From a virus (taxonomy: Duplodnaviria; Caudoviricetes), in the IMG/VR virus record IMGVR_UViG_3300032216_001173, positions 1 to 44,450 of that record: a stretch of 44,450 bases of DNA; one strand, given 5' to 3'. The number at the start of each line of letters is the position of its first letter. Within the stretch, counting starts at the first letter, position 1. The notes beneath the pieces were generated by a model. It made no database searches. It was given only the letters and a program-made list of their open reading frames with translations, and was not told where the DNA came from. Shown in pieces: positions 36,281-44,434 of the stretch. Both the position numbers and the translations under genes were made by a program.

Positions 36281-36828
36281 GGTGCCTCCGGTGCTGGCGG
36301 GGCGGCGGGGTGGCCCCAACGGGCGAGGACGGCACGGGCGTATTCCAGCGCAGCAGTGTTAAGTGTCACGCGGAAGATGCCGGGCTTGACTTGGCCGCCA
36401 GTGACGTCGCTGCAGACTTTGGCCGCATAGCTGAACTCGTCCCTCATGGGTTCGGGCATCAGCTGCAGCAGTTCAATATCACTGGGTCCATCACCTAACG
36501 AACTCCTAACTTGCGCCAAATTGGGAGTTCCCCAGCGGGCGAGGGTAGCGCGGGCGAAGGTAAGCAGTTCGACAGCCTCAGCCGTCAGGCAGGTTTCATC
36601 GCTTGGAATGCTCTTGTAGCCCAGGGCCTTAGCGGCAGCCTCTAGCAGCTCGTCATCCGTCGGTCCCTCCCCCACCGTCTCGGCCAGGGCGGCAACAGCA
36701 GTCTTCAGCTCCCGCAGCTCGCGGTAGATGAAGAAGTCCTCCGGGTCGTCGTAGTCCAGGTTCAACGCCTGGTCTACAGCGGTCTGGGCCAAGAACAGCA
36801 GGCGGTCGATCAGTTCGCGGTCAGTCAT
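36277..36828 (-). CDS. Modular hypothetical protein with repeated GP(T/S)DxELL...ARAxLARWG units
   Basis: Two internal module repeats; GAGG RBS. Confidence 0.75.
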   Translation of the reverse strand: MTDRELIDRLLFLAQTAVDQALNLDYDDPEDFFIYRELRELKTAVAALAETVGEGPTDDELLEAAAKALGYKSIPSDETCLTAEAVELLTFARATLARWGTPNLAQVRSSLGDGPSDIELLQLMPEPMRDEFSYAAKVCSDVTGGQVKPGIFRVTLNTAALEYARAVLARWGHPAAPPAPEAP

Positions 36829-36849
36829 GGGTCACCTCTTTGATGATGG

Positions 36850-37161
36850 TCACGACGCCATCTCCGCAACGGTGCGCTCAGTCAGCCAGTCTTCGACGAC
36901 CGCCAGCGCCGCCGGCGGGACCAGGCGCGCACCAACGGGGTGCCAGCGGGTGTCATCCCAGCGGCCAGTTGGAAGCCAGGCAGCGCATTGGTCGAGCATT
37001 TTGTGCATGCGCTTGCGGCGCACGAAATTGACGACCCAGTAGCCGGGGCCTGGGTGGGCGGTGACGGTCAGGCCGATGGCGGGATCGGCGTAGAAGGTGT
37101 GGGGGGTGGGGTCAGGCATGGGGGTGGGTTGTGATTGGACTTGGGAGGCTGAGGGGGTCAT
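36850..37161 (-). CDS. Hypothetical protein
   Basis: ATGA-coupled to the CoiA-like gene. Confidence 0.65.
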   Translation of the reverse strand: MTPSASQVQSQPTPMPDPTPHTFYADPAIGLTVTAHPGPGYWVVNFVRRKRMHKMLDQCAAWLPTGRWDDTRWHPVGARLVPPAALAVVEDWLTERTVAEMAS

Positions 37162-37883
37162 GGCGGCTTAAGTCTTTCGGTCCAACGATAAATAAGCGAC
37201 TGCTTAGAAAACCTTTCGCAAGTTAAATAAAAAGGTCCGTTTGTGTACATCTTTTTTACCCTGTCAAGATACGAGCCACCAAAATCAAGGAAGATTGGCT
37301 TTTGTGCTGCGAACCATGATTTTCTAGGAGGAGACCATCGATAGTGCGGCCTTTTACCATAGGCGCTTCTTGCGTATGCAACTTGTCTTTTGTAGTATTG
37401 CTTAAGTTCTTCTGGCTCTTCCCAGGAACCTAAAAGGTCAAACAGATTTCCATTTGAAATCGGTGGTTTTTCAATTTTTTCGTAATTGTTTTGATGCCAT
37501 CCAAGGATCGGATCCAAGTGCCAATCTCCAGCCCAAGCAACCCAGATCATCCGTTTATAAAACTCCTCCCGCTCCTGTATTTCGTCGGCTGAGATCGAGG
37601 ACTTTTGAATCTCAATAACTCCACGCTCTGTGCCAATGTCGGCGCGATGTGGCCCTATGACTAACTCATGCCAGTCCGGCGGAAACTGCCTCTTCCAGTT
37701 GATATGCCATTGGGATTCCGGCTCGCTCCACTTGTCGCAATCGCACGACTTGTGCGCCCAGTGCCAAGAAACAATGCTGCCGCACTTTGGAATCAGGCCA
37801 GCCCCGCAAGATGGGCAGGTGCCCAAGGCCCCTGGCGATGCGGTGGCTTTGCCGGTTTCGGTGTTTGCCCAAAGCATGATCAA
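37158..37883 (-). CDS. CoiA-like PD-(D/E)xK nuclease
   Basis: CPSCG...HWAH, ESQWH, HRADI...VIEIQKSSIS...REEFY...MIWV. Confidence 0.8.
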   Translation of the reverse strand: MIMLWANTETGKATASPGALGTCPSCGAGLIPKCGSIVSWHWAHKSCDCDKWSEPESQWHINWKRQFPPDWHELVIGPHRADIGTERGVIEIQKSSISADEIQEREEFYKRMIWVAWAGDWHLDPILGWHQNNYEKIEKPPISNGNLFDLLGSWEEPEELKQYYKRQVAYARSAYGKRPHYRWSPPRKSWFAAQKPIFLDFGGSYLDRVKKMYTNGPFYLTCERFSKQSLIYRWTERLKPP

Positions 37884-38464
37884 TCCCAGCTAGCGCCGTG
37901 CTCGAAGCGGGCGCTCAGCGCATCACGCGCAGCTGGTCCGGCTTTTGATAGTTTGAAGTAAGGCCATACGGCAATAATGTCTTGAAGGCCAATGTCGGAA
38001 AGCTCGCCACCGACAACGGAGTGCAGGTCCCATAGTTGAACATAGTGTTGACCGCCCATTGTTTCTCGCCAGGAGTCAAGTCTGACATCAATCTCATCCC
38101 AGTAATCACGCAAATAATCATCGTTTACAAATCTGAAGTACTGTTTTCTTATTTCATCAAACATTGCTCCGTTGAAGAACATCACCGCTGCCCTGGTTGC
38201 CCTTGATAGTTCCCTTGCCAGCTGCACTTCCCGGTCCGCGGGGATCCCGCCTTTGCACTCCAGCCAATAAAAGCCGGACAGCAATTCGCTGTCGTAGACC
38301 TTGAAATCAGGTAGGTAGCGTCCTGATGGCAGCTCAAAGCCTTCCGGCTCGTATTCCCAGCGCAGGCCCATGGCCTCCAGGAACACGGCGCAGCGAGCTT
38401 CCAGGCGGCTCCTGAACAGGCAGCCAAAGGCCTCTGTTTGGATCGCTGGGATGGGTGTCGGCAT
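37880..38464 (-). CDS. PD-(D/E)xK endonuclease
   Basis: FRSRLEAR...WEYEPEGF...YLPDF...WLECKG. Confidence 0.8.
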   Translation of the reverse strand: MPTPIPAIQTEAFGCLFRSRLEARCAVFLEAMGLRWEYEPEGFELPSGRYLPDFKVYDSELLSGFYWLECKGGIPADREVQLARELSRATRAAVMFFNGAMFDEIRKQYFRFVNDDYLRDYWDEIDVRLDSWRETMGGQHYVQLWDLHSVVGGELSDIGLQDIIAVWPYFKLSKAGPAARDALSARFEHGASWD

Positions 38465-38486
38465 AGGTGCGGGTTGGTTGAGGCTC

Positions 38487-38519
38487 AGAGTAGCAAGCCA
38501 GAACCTCTCCCGCTACCCT
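38487..38519. promoter_or_regulatory. Possible overlapping divergent promoters
   Basis: + strand TAGCAA-N17-TACCCT (38491-38519); - strand TAGCGG-N17-TACTCT (38515-38487). Confidence 0.35.
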
Positions 38520-38543
38520 GGAGTCAAGATCCCGACCCTGGCC

Positions 38544-38705
38544 ATGAACCGACACCCGATCAGCGTCCGGCCCACGGCGGCCCAGCTGGCCTGGCTTAAG
38601 GCCGAGCGTGAGCGGCGTGGCATCGCGCTCAACGCCTTGGTCCTGATGGCCTTAGAGGCCGCCATGGCCAGCGCTAATCAGGCTGCCGATCCGGAGAAAG
38701 GCTGA
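38544..38705 (+). CDS. Ribbon-helix-helix (Arc/CopG-like) regulator
   Basis: MNRHPISVRPTAAQLAWLKAERERRGIALNALV; start re-called at ATG 38544. Confidence 0.7.
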   Translation: MNRHPISVRPTAAQLAWLKAERERRGIALNALVLMALEAAMASANQAADPEKG

Positions 38706-40996
38706 TGAGCGGCGAACGCCGCTTGTTCCCCAGCGGCAAGAACAATCCCTGCCCCGTGTGCGGCAGGACGAAGGACCGCGACTGCAGGACCAGCCCCGAC
38801 GGCCTGGAGGTGATCTGCCATCACCCCAAGGACTACAGGCCCGGCGACGTGGTGCGCGGCCTTGGCGATGACCAGCCATGGGCCTTCACCAAGAACACCA
38901 AGGACGGCAGGGCTGGGCATTTCACCTTGCACAAGCCACGGATGGGCGACACCCGCCGGCCGATTGAGTTCAACCCGCCGCCGGATCGGGAGCCGGAACC
39001 GCCACCGAAGCCCGCCGCGATGCCGGCCCAGGCGCCGACACTGGCGCGGCTAGCTAAGCCACGGCAGCCGGCCGGCAGCCCCTACAGCTACAGCCCAACC
39101 CAGCGGATCAACCGGGCTCAGCTGCCTGATGGTGGCAAGCGATTCTTTTGCCAGCACCTAGTAGACGGGCGCTGGGTGGATGGGGCAGGCCCAGAACCTT
39201 GGTTCAGCTTTAGCCATCAGGACTGCACCACCACCGATGGCTGGCCCTTGGAGGTGGAGGGCGAGAAGTGCGCTGAGCTGGCCGCCGCCGCCGGGTTCCT
39301 AGCTATTAGTCAGCCGGGCCACGCTCACAGCGTTGAGCAGATTAGCGACCGATACGAGTCCCTTGCCCTGGAAGGCACGCCTGGCGTGGTTTACCTGGCG
39401 GACAACGACGAGACCGGGCGCGTCAGAGCCAAGCAAGCCATCGAGGCCGCAGCACTGGCCGGCCTGCCGTTGCTGGTGCTCCACGCCGAGGACCTCTGGC
39501 CGGACCTGCCGGAAGGCGGATCAATTGACGATGCCCCGGGCGCCACGTCGGATCAACTCGCAATCGTTGAGGTCGCCGCCAGGTTGAAGCACGCTGATGG
39601 TGTCAAGGCTGAGCGATCGGCGGCAGCGAAGGAGGCAGCCGAGCCAGAGCCGCCCAGCAGCCCGCCACCGCCACCGGCCGGGAAGCCGAAGCCCAAGGAG
39701 GTCAAGAGGCAAAGCGGCGAGAAGCGGCTTTCACTGACCCGTCGCCTGGCCTGCTTCAACCGATGCGTTGAAGTTGAGTCACGCCGCCAGCGCAACAGCC
39801 TGACGCGCCGGGTGCGGCTTCTCAAGGCGGTCGAGGCCCTGGGCCTGAGCAAGTTCATCAACCGCCAGGAAATCGCCCAGCGGGTGCTCGAGGCCAAGGA
39901 CGCTCAGCAGTGCCACAAGTTTGAGCCGCTCACCGCTGAGCAGCGAATGGCGATGGAGCGCCCCCGGGTGCGGTGGCTGATCAATGGTCTGATCCCCGCC
40001 GAAGACATGAGCATCGTTGGCGGCAGAGCCAAGGTGGGCAAAACCCGCTTTGCGCTGGCGATCGCCGATGCCGTGCTGAACGGCACCGGGATCCTGGACA
40101 ACAAGCCCGAAGGCACCCGGCCGGTGGTGCTGGTCACCGACGACCAGGCCGACGGCGACAGCGCCGACATGCTTGAGGCCCTTGGGATCTGGCAGCACCC
40201 CGGCCTGCTGTGGTCGCGGCATTTCAGGCTCACCGAGTCGGACATGGATGGCCTGCTTGAAACGGTGAAGGCCAACCCCGGCGCCTTGGTGATTCTCGAC
40301 AGCCTGCGGTCCATCGGCCGATCGCTTCAGCATGGCGAGAACGACCCGGAGATTGGGGCGATCCTTTACGACCTCAAGGCGGCGGTAATTGATGTCGGCG
40401 GCTCGCTGCTGGTGGTGCATCACTGCAACAAGGCCGATGGCCTGATTGGCACCGAGGCTCTCAGCGGTCACAACGCCATCGCTGGATCGGCCAACACGAT
40501 CATCACCCTGCACTACATCCCAGACCAGAACGGCAAGCCGATCAAGGACGCTCCCCAGCGCCGGATTGTGCGCGAGGCCCGCAGCGGCCAGAGCTTCGAC
40601 CTGGTGATCAGCGGCACCGCCGGCAGCGGTCGCTTCCACAAGGTCGGCACCTTTGCCGAATGGCAGGAGACGGCCAAGAACGCCGCCGAAGACGCCAAGA
40701 AGCAGCAGCGGCTCAGCCTGCAGCAGCGCGAGGCCCTGGAGGCCCTTGAGGCGTCCGGACAGTGGATGACCCGCCGTCAGGTCTGCGAAGCGCTGGAGAT
40801 CGAATGGGGCGAGCGCGGGCGGGACAAGGACGCGCGCCGGGTTGACGACTCATTGCGCCGCCTTGTGGAGCTTGGCCTAGCTGAGTCGATGAGGGCCGGG
40901 ACCGAGGCAACTTACAAATTTGCCTCGGATGAAACACTCCGGACAACCCGGACAAGTGAGCCAACCAGTGATAGCAATGGATTTGAGCCCTTCTAG
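38705..40996 (+). CDS. Primase-helicase (Zn finger, TOPRIM, AAA_25/RepA-like helicase, C-terminal wHTH)
   Basis: NPCPVCGRTKDRDCR; VEGEKCA, LADNDETG; GRAKVGKT, VILDSL, VVHHCNK. Confidence 0.88.
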   Translation: MSGERRLFPSGKNNPCPVCGRTKDRDCRTSPDGLEVICHHPKDYRPGDVVRGLGDDQPWAFTKNTKDGRAGHFTLHKPRMGDTRRPIEFNPPPDREPEPPPKPAAMPAQAPTLARLAKPRQPAGSPYSYSPTQRINRAQLPDGGKRFFCQHLVDGRWVDGAGPEPWFSFSHQDCTTTDGWPLEVEGEKCAELAAAAGFLAISQPGHAHSVEQISDRYESLALEGTPGVVYLADNDETGRVRAKQAIEAAALAGLPLLVLHAEDLWPDLPEGGSIDDAPGATSDQLAIVEVAARLKHADGVKAERSAAAKEAAEPEPPSSPPPPPAGKPKPKEVKRQSGEKRLSLTRRLACFNRCVEVESRRQRNSLTRRVRLLKAVEALGLSKFINRQEIAQRVLEAKDAQQCHKFEPLTAEQRMAMERPRVRWLINGLIPAEDMSIVGGRAKVGKTRFALAIADAVLNGTGILDNKPEGTRPVVLVTDDQADGDSADMLEALGIWQHPGLLWSRHFRLTESDMDGLLETVKANPGALVILDSLRSIGRSLQHGENDPEIGAILYDLKAAVIDVGGSLLVVHHCNKADGLIGTEALSGHNAIAGSANTIITLHYIPDQNGKPIKDAPQRRIVREARSGQSFDLVISGTAGSGRFHKVGTFAEWQETAKNAAEDAKKQQRLSLQQREALEALEASGQWMTRRQVCEALEIEWGERGRDKDARRVDDSLRRLVELGLAESMRAGTEATYKFASDETLRTTRTSEPTSDSNGFEPF

Positions 40997-41127
40997 AAAA
41001 TGTCGGACAAGCCGGACAAGCCGGACAGTAGCAATAGGGCATACACCTTGTCCGGGTTGTCCGAAAACGCTCCGGACACTGAGACCCATTGGCACGACTG
41101 ATTGGCCGGATTGTCCGGTCTGTCCGA
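40939..41127. repeat. Iteron-like cluster (10 x YCGGACAV, direct and inverted), putative replication origin
   Basis: Direct at 40939, 40948, 41003, 41012, 41021, 41072; inverted at 41048, 41057, 41111, 41120; 9-bp period. Confidence 0.8.
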
Positions 41128-41174
41128 GCGCGTGAGAGGCTCAGCCTCCCAACTCTGAACACCCCCACCCACCC

Positions 41175-41849
41175 ATGCCCACCCCAACCCCCTGGCTCCC
41201 CCCAATCCCCGGCCTTCACCGTCGCGACCCTGAGCACCGCTACTGGCTCGGGGACGTGGAGTTCCCGATCTCAGTCACCGGCGTCCTGGCCTGCCTGAAG
41301 TCGGATTTCGCCATGCAGCGCATCGAGGCCACCCGCAGCAGCTGGGAGCCCAGGGGCAACACGGCGCACCGAGCGCTGGAGCTGATGATGCTGACCACCA
41401 AGGGCGCGCCGCGCACGATCGAGCAGGTGCGGCATGACATCGCCGAGCTTGGGGCCCTGTCGATCGGGGACTACAGCGACTGGATCCAGCCGCTACTGGA
41501 GCACGACCGCTGGGACCAGCTGCAGATCATCGCCAGCGAGCGCCCCACCTGCTGCGTCAAGCGCAGGGTGGCCGGCACCTACGACACCGCGTACATCGAT
41601 GAGAGCGGCCGGCGCGTCCTGGCTGACCTGAAGAGCCTGGGGGAGAACGGCAGCACTTACAGCACGGCGGCACAGTTAGGGGGCTACATGGCGCTGGAAG
41701 CTACCCACGGCGTCCTGTACGACGCTGGACAGACGATCTGGTGTCGTCCTGGCCAGACGACCTTCTCGCCGCTCTACAGCCGCTCTGAGTGCCTCCTGGC
41801 GTGGGCTGCGGCATGGGCGACATGGCGGGCTCGGCATCCTGATCATTGA
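41175..41849 (+). CDS. PD-(D/E)xK (Cas4/RecB-like) exonuclease
   Basis: HRYW...SVTGVL, RGNTAH, AGTYD...LADLKS, QLGGY. Confidence 0.82.
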   Translation: MPTPTPWLPPIPGLHRRDPEHRYWLGDVEFPISVTGVLACLKSDFAMQRIEATRSSWEPRGNTAHRALELMMLTTKGAPRTIEQVRHDIAELGALSIGDYSDWIQPLLEHDRWDQLQIIASERPTCCVKRRVAGTYDTAYIDESGRRVLADLKSLGENGSTYSTAAQLGGYMALEATHGVLYDAGQTIWCRPGQTTFSPLYSRSECLLAWAAAWATWRARHPDH

Positions 41850-41861
41850 TGGCCCACCCCC

Positions 41862-41891
41862 TTGCGGATCAACTTACCGACCCGGTAAGAT
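41862..41891 (+). promoter_or_regulatory. Early promoter/operator copy 2 (TTGCGG-N18-TAAGAT) containing CTTACCG-N3-CGGTAAG palindrome
   Basis: Perfect 7-bp inverted repeat overlapping the -10; 24/30 identical to 31959-31988. Confidence 0.72.
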
Positions 41892-41920
41892 TCCATGGTC
41901 ACCCCGTCAGGATTCCGACC

Positions 41921-42010
41921 TTGCACCGCCTTCTCTCTCACCCCAAAACTGGCGACGCGCTGCTCACCGCTTTTTTTGTGGCTGTCTTTGCCGTGCTGAT
42001 CCATGGTTGA
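41921..42010 (+). CDS. Possible 29-aa membrane peptide
   Basis: TTG start with upstream AGGA; LLTAFFVAVFAVLI. Confidence 0.35.
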   Translation: MHRLLSHPKTGDALLTAFFVAVFAVLIHG

Positions 42011-42329
42011 TCAAGCTCAGGCTCCCGACGTTGAAGAGCTACTGGCCGAGATCGTCCAGCTCAAAACGATTGCCGCCGAAACCCAGGAGCAGCTCACCGA
42101 GCACCTGGACCGCCTCACCGTTTTGGTGGACGAGGCAGAGATCGATCAGTCGTTCAAGTTCAATGACTGGAGCTTTTCCTGCACTAGCCGCACCACCTAC
42201 GACTATCCGGGCGAAGTTCAGGAGATCGAGCAGATTTTCAAGACCGCCCAAAAAACCGCTGAAGCCAATGGCAGCGCCATCCCCAAAGTCGGCGCACCTT
42301 TTTGGACCATCAAGCGACCCAAGCCATGA
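42003..42329 (+). CDS. Hypothetical protein
   Basis: Coiled-coil N-terminus, RTTYDYP, FWTIK; operon coupling. Confidence 0.75.
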   Translation: MVDQAQAPDVEELLAEIVQLKTIAAETQEQLTEHLDRLTVLVDEAEIDQSFKFNDWSFSCTSRTTYDYPGEVQEIEQIFKTAQKTAEANGSAIPKVGAPFWTIKRPKP

Positions 42330-42688
42330 GTGGCGCCATCACAGTTGAGATCCCCCCAGAGCGCCGAGAACAAATAGTGCTGGCTGTGCTCAGCTCCCCG
42401 GTTGAACAGGCCTACCGCCTTCAGGCCGAACAGCTGGGGATTAGCTCAGAGCTGGTGCGCCAGATCTGGCACGGCAAACGCTATGCCGAGATTCATCCAC
42501 ACCTGCTGCGGCTGGACAAGCGCGCCATCGCTCGTTCCTGCGTCCAGTGCGCCCACTACCAGCTCCAGCAGGAACGGATCAAAGACCGCAAGGCCGGAAC
42601 TGAAACCCGCCGGGTCGGCAGGTGCGGCTTGGGTATCCCCGAGGCCGAAAACGTTCGTTATGCCCGGGGCTGCGAGGCATTCGCGTGA
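42326..42688 (+). CDS. HTH plus Cys4 zinc-finger protein, paralog 1
   Basis: AEQLGISSELVRQIWHG; CVQC...CGLGIPEAENVRYARGC; start at ATG 42326. Confidence 0.75.
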   Translation: MSGAITVEIPPERREQIVLAVLSSPVEQAYRLQAEQLGISSELVRQIWHGKRYAEIHPHLLRLDKRAIARSCVQCAHYQLQQERIKDRKAGTETRRVGRCGLGIPEAENVRYARGCEAFA

Positions 42689-43044
42689 GGCGCCAACCAA
42701 TCTCAGATCCTGAGGCGGTAGTTCAAGCAGTGTTTGCCCTGCCAGTTGAGCTCAGCCACCGTGATGCAGCGGAACGAATCGGCTGCCATCACACAACCGT
42801 GGCCGCCATCAGGTGCGGGCAAAAGTTTGCCGATGTCTTGCCGGGCATCCCCCGGCTTGACAAGGACATGGCCATAACCTGTATTCAGTGCCTGCACTTC
42901 AACAGGGAACGCATAAGGACCTGGAACAAAAAAGACCGAACGATTACCGAAACGCCGGGGATCTGTGAGCTCGGCATCCCCGAAGCCGAAAACGTCAGGT
43001 ATGCCCGGGGCTGCGGGGCATTCTCCAAAAAACCCAATGACTGA
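42685..43044 (+). CDS. HTH plus Cys4 zinc-finger protein, paralog 2
   Basis: AAERIGCHHTTVAAIRCG; CIQC...CELGIPEAENVRYARGC; start at GTG 42685. Confidence 0.75.
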   Translation: MRRQPISDPEAVVQAVFALPVELSHRDAAERIGCHHTTVAAIRCGQKFADVLPGIPRLDKDMAITCIQCLHFNRERIRTWNKKDRTITETPGICELGIPEAENVRYARGCGAFSKKPND

Positions 43045-43318
43045 CACCCTCGACAACTTCCGCCGCAGGCTCAACCAGATCATTGCCGAGGCGGCCGAAG
43101 AGCTCAACGCCGAGCGGCTGGCACATGAGCACCAATTGGCATCTGCCCTTGAAAGCCTGAGCCAGGACAGCGCCTGTCAGGCCGCCTATGCCGATGGCAG
43201 GTCAGAGGAGCGCTCACGCTGTCTGGCATTGATCGACGACCACCTGAGCACCCTCAAAAGAACTGGTGTGCAGACAATGGCGCTGGAGAGCCTGCGATCG
43301 GCGGTGAAGGGGAACTGA
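43037..43318 (+). CDS. Hypothetical protein
   Basis: Helical; AYADGRSEERSRCLALID; start at ATG 43037. Confidence 0.7.
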   Translation: MTDTLDNFRRRLNQIIAEAAEELNAERLAHEHQLASALESLSQDSACQAAYADGRSEERSRCLALIDDHLSTLKRTGVQTMALESLRSAVKGN

Positions 43319-43645
43319 TTGGCCAACCCCCAGAAAGCCAAGGGAGACCGTGCCGAACTGGAAGCGTCCGCGATCCTCACCGACCTGCTGGGCGTGCCCG
43401 TGCGGCGCAAGCTGGGGGCCGGCAGGATCGACGACACCGGCGACCTTGATGGCATTCCGGGTCACGTCGTCCAGGTCGCCAACTGGGCCGATGCCGCCGC
43501 AGCCGCCAGGGTCAAACCTCCTGAGGCCGAGCAGCAGCGCATCAACGCCCAGGCCGATCACGCGGCGACACTGGTCCGCTTCCGTGGTGGCACCTGGCGG
43601 GTCGTGCTGACCCTGGAGCAGTGGGCCCGCTACATCAAGCCATGA
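43319..43645 (+). CDS. Holliday junction resolvase (Hjc-like)
   Basis: KAKGDRAELE, GAGRIDDTGDL, EAEQQRINA, WRVVLTLEQW. Confidence 0.75.
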   Translation: MANPQKAKGDRAELEASAILTDLLGVPVRRKLGAGRIDDTGDLDGIPGHVVQVANWADAAAAARVKPPEAEQQRINAQADHAATLVRFRGGTWRVVLTLEQWARYIKP

Positions 43646-43860
43646 CCGCCCCGATCGTCCACCGCTACCTGGTCACCGTGCGCCTCGACGCCTGCCGTAC
43701 TAGGGACTTCTCAGTGATGGCCCCAACCCATTGGTCGGCAGGTTGGCTATGGCGACAGCTGCATCCTTACGCTGAGGTGATAGCTGTTCGCAGGGCTAAG
43801 GAGTATGGCGGGGATCACACTCCAGCTGGAAGGGCTCAGCCAGCTTCAGAAGATGATTGA
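43642..43860 (+). CDS. Hypothetical protein
   Basis: ATGA-coupled to the resolvase. Confidence 0.5.
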   Translation: MTAPIVHRYLVTVRLDACRTRDFSVMAPTHWSAGWLWRQLHPYAEVIAVRRAKEYGGDHTPAGRAQPASEDD

Positions 43861-44434
43861 GTTCACTGACCCCAAGACGTTTGCCAAAGCGCAACGGGCG
43901 GGCCTGACCAAAGCATCAGGCGCAATCAAGACCCAGGTAGCCAAGGGCATCGGTGAGCGCTACAACCTCAAAGCAGCACGGATCAAGCAGGACATCAGCA
44001 GAGCATCAATTGCACCTGATGGAACATCGGCAACGATCCGTTTCGGGCGCATATCACCAACCTTGACCCAGTTCGGCATGAAGCCTGGCAGCCGTGGGGG
44101 CAAGCAGCCTGGCCTGGGGCGTGGCTTGGGCTGGGGTAAGCCAGCCAAGCCTGGCCGACCGCTCACCGCCATGGTGCTCAGGGCTGATGGACGCAAGCCC
44201 TACACCGGCGCATTTGTTGCCATCGGCAAAGGTGGTAATCAGCTGGTGGTGCGCAAGGACAGCAAAGGCAAGCTGCACACGGTCTATGGCCCATCGGTCG
44301 GCTCGATCTTCCTAGGCAAGGGCCGCTATGCCCTAGAGCTACAGGACACAGCAGCGCGGCTGATCAATGATGAGTTCATCAAGGGATTTGAGAAGAAGCT
44401 GGGCGACATCGCCCGAGGGTATGGCGGGCGGTGA
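43805..44434 (+). CDS. Minor tail/neck protein, lambda gpZ-like
   Basis: IGERYNLKAARIK, AFVA, VYGPSVGSIF; basic; upstream of terS on the circular map. Confidence 0.75.
   Translation: MAGITLQLEGLSQLQKMIEFTDPKTFAKAQRAGLTKASGAIKTQVAKGIGERYNLKAARIKQDISRASIAPDGTSATIRFGRISPTLTQFGMKPGSRGGKQPGLGRGLGWGKPAKPGRPLTAMVLRADGRKPYTGAFVAIGKGGNQLVVRKDSKGKLHTVYGPSVGSIFLGKGRYALELQDTAARLINDEFIKGFEKKLGDIARGYGGR

Noticed and set aside
40939-41127. CRISPR-like array next to a Cas4-like nuclease
   Set aside because: Repeats are only 8 bp, in both orientations, without regular unique spacers; fits iterons
41873-41889. NtcA or cyanobacterial LexA box in the palindrome
   Set aside because: Arrangement is TAC-N7-GTA, not GTA-N8-TAC, and it does not match the GTAC-N-GTWC LexA pattern
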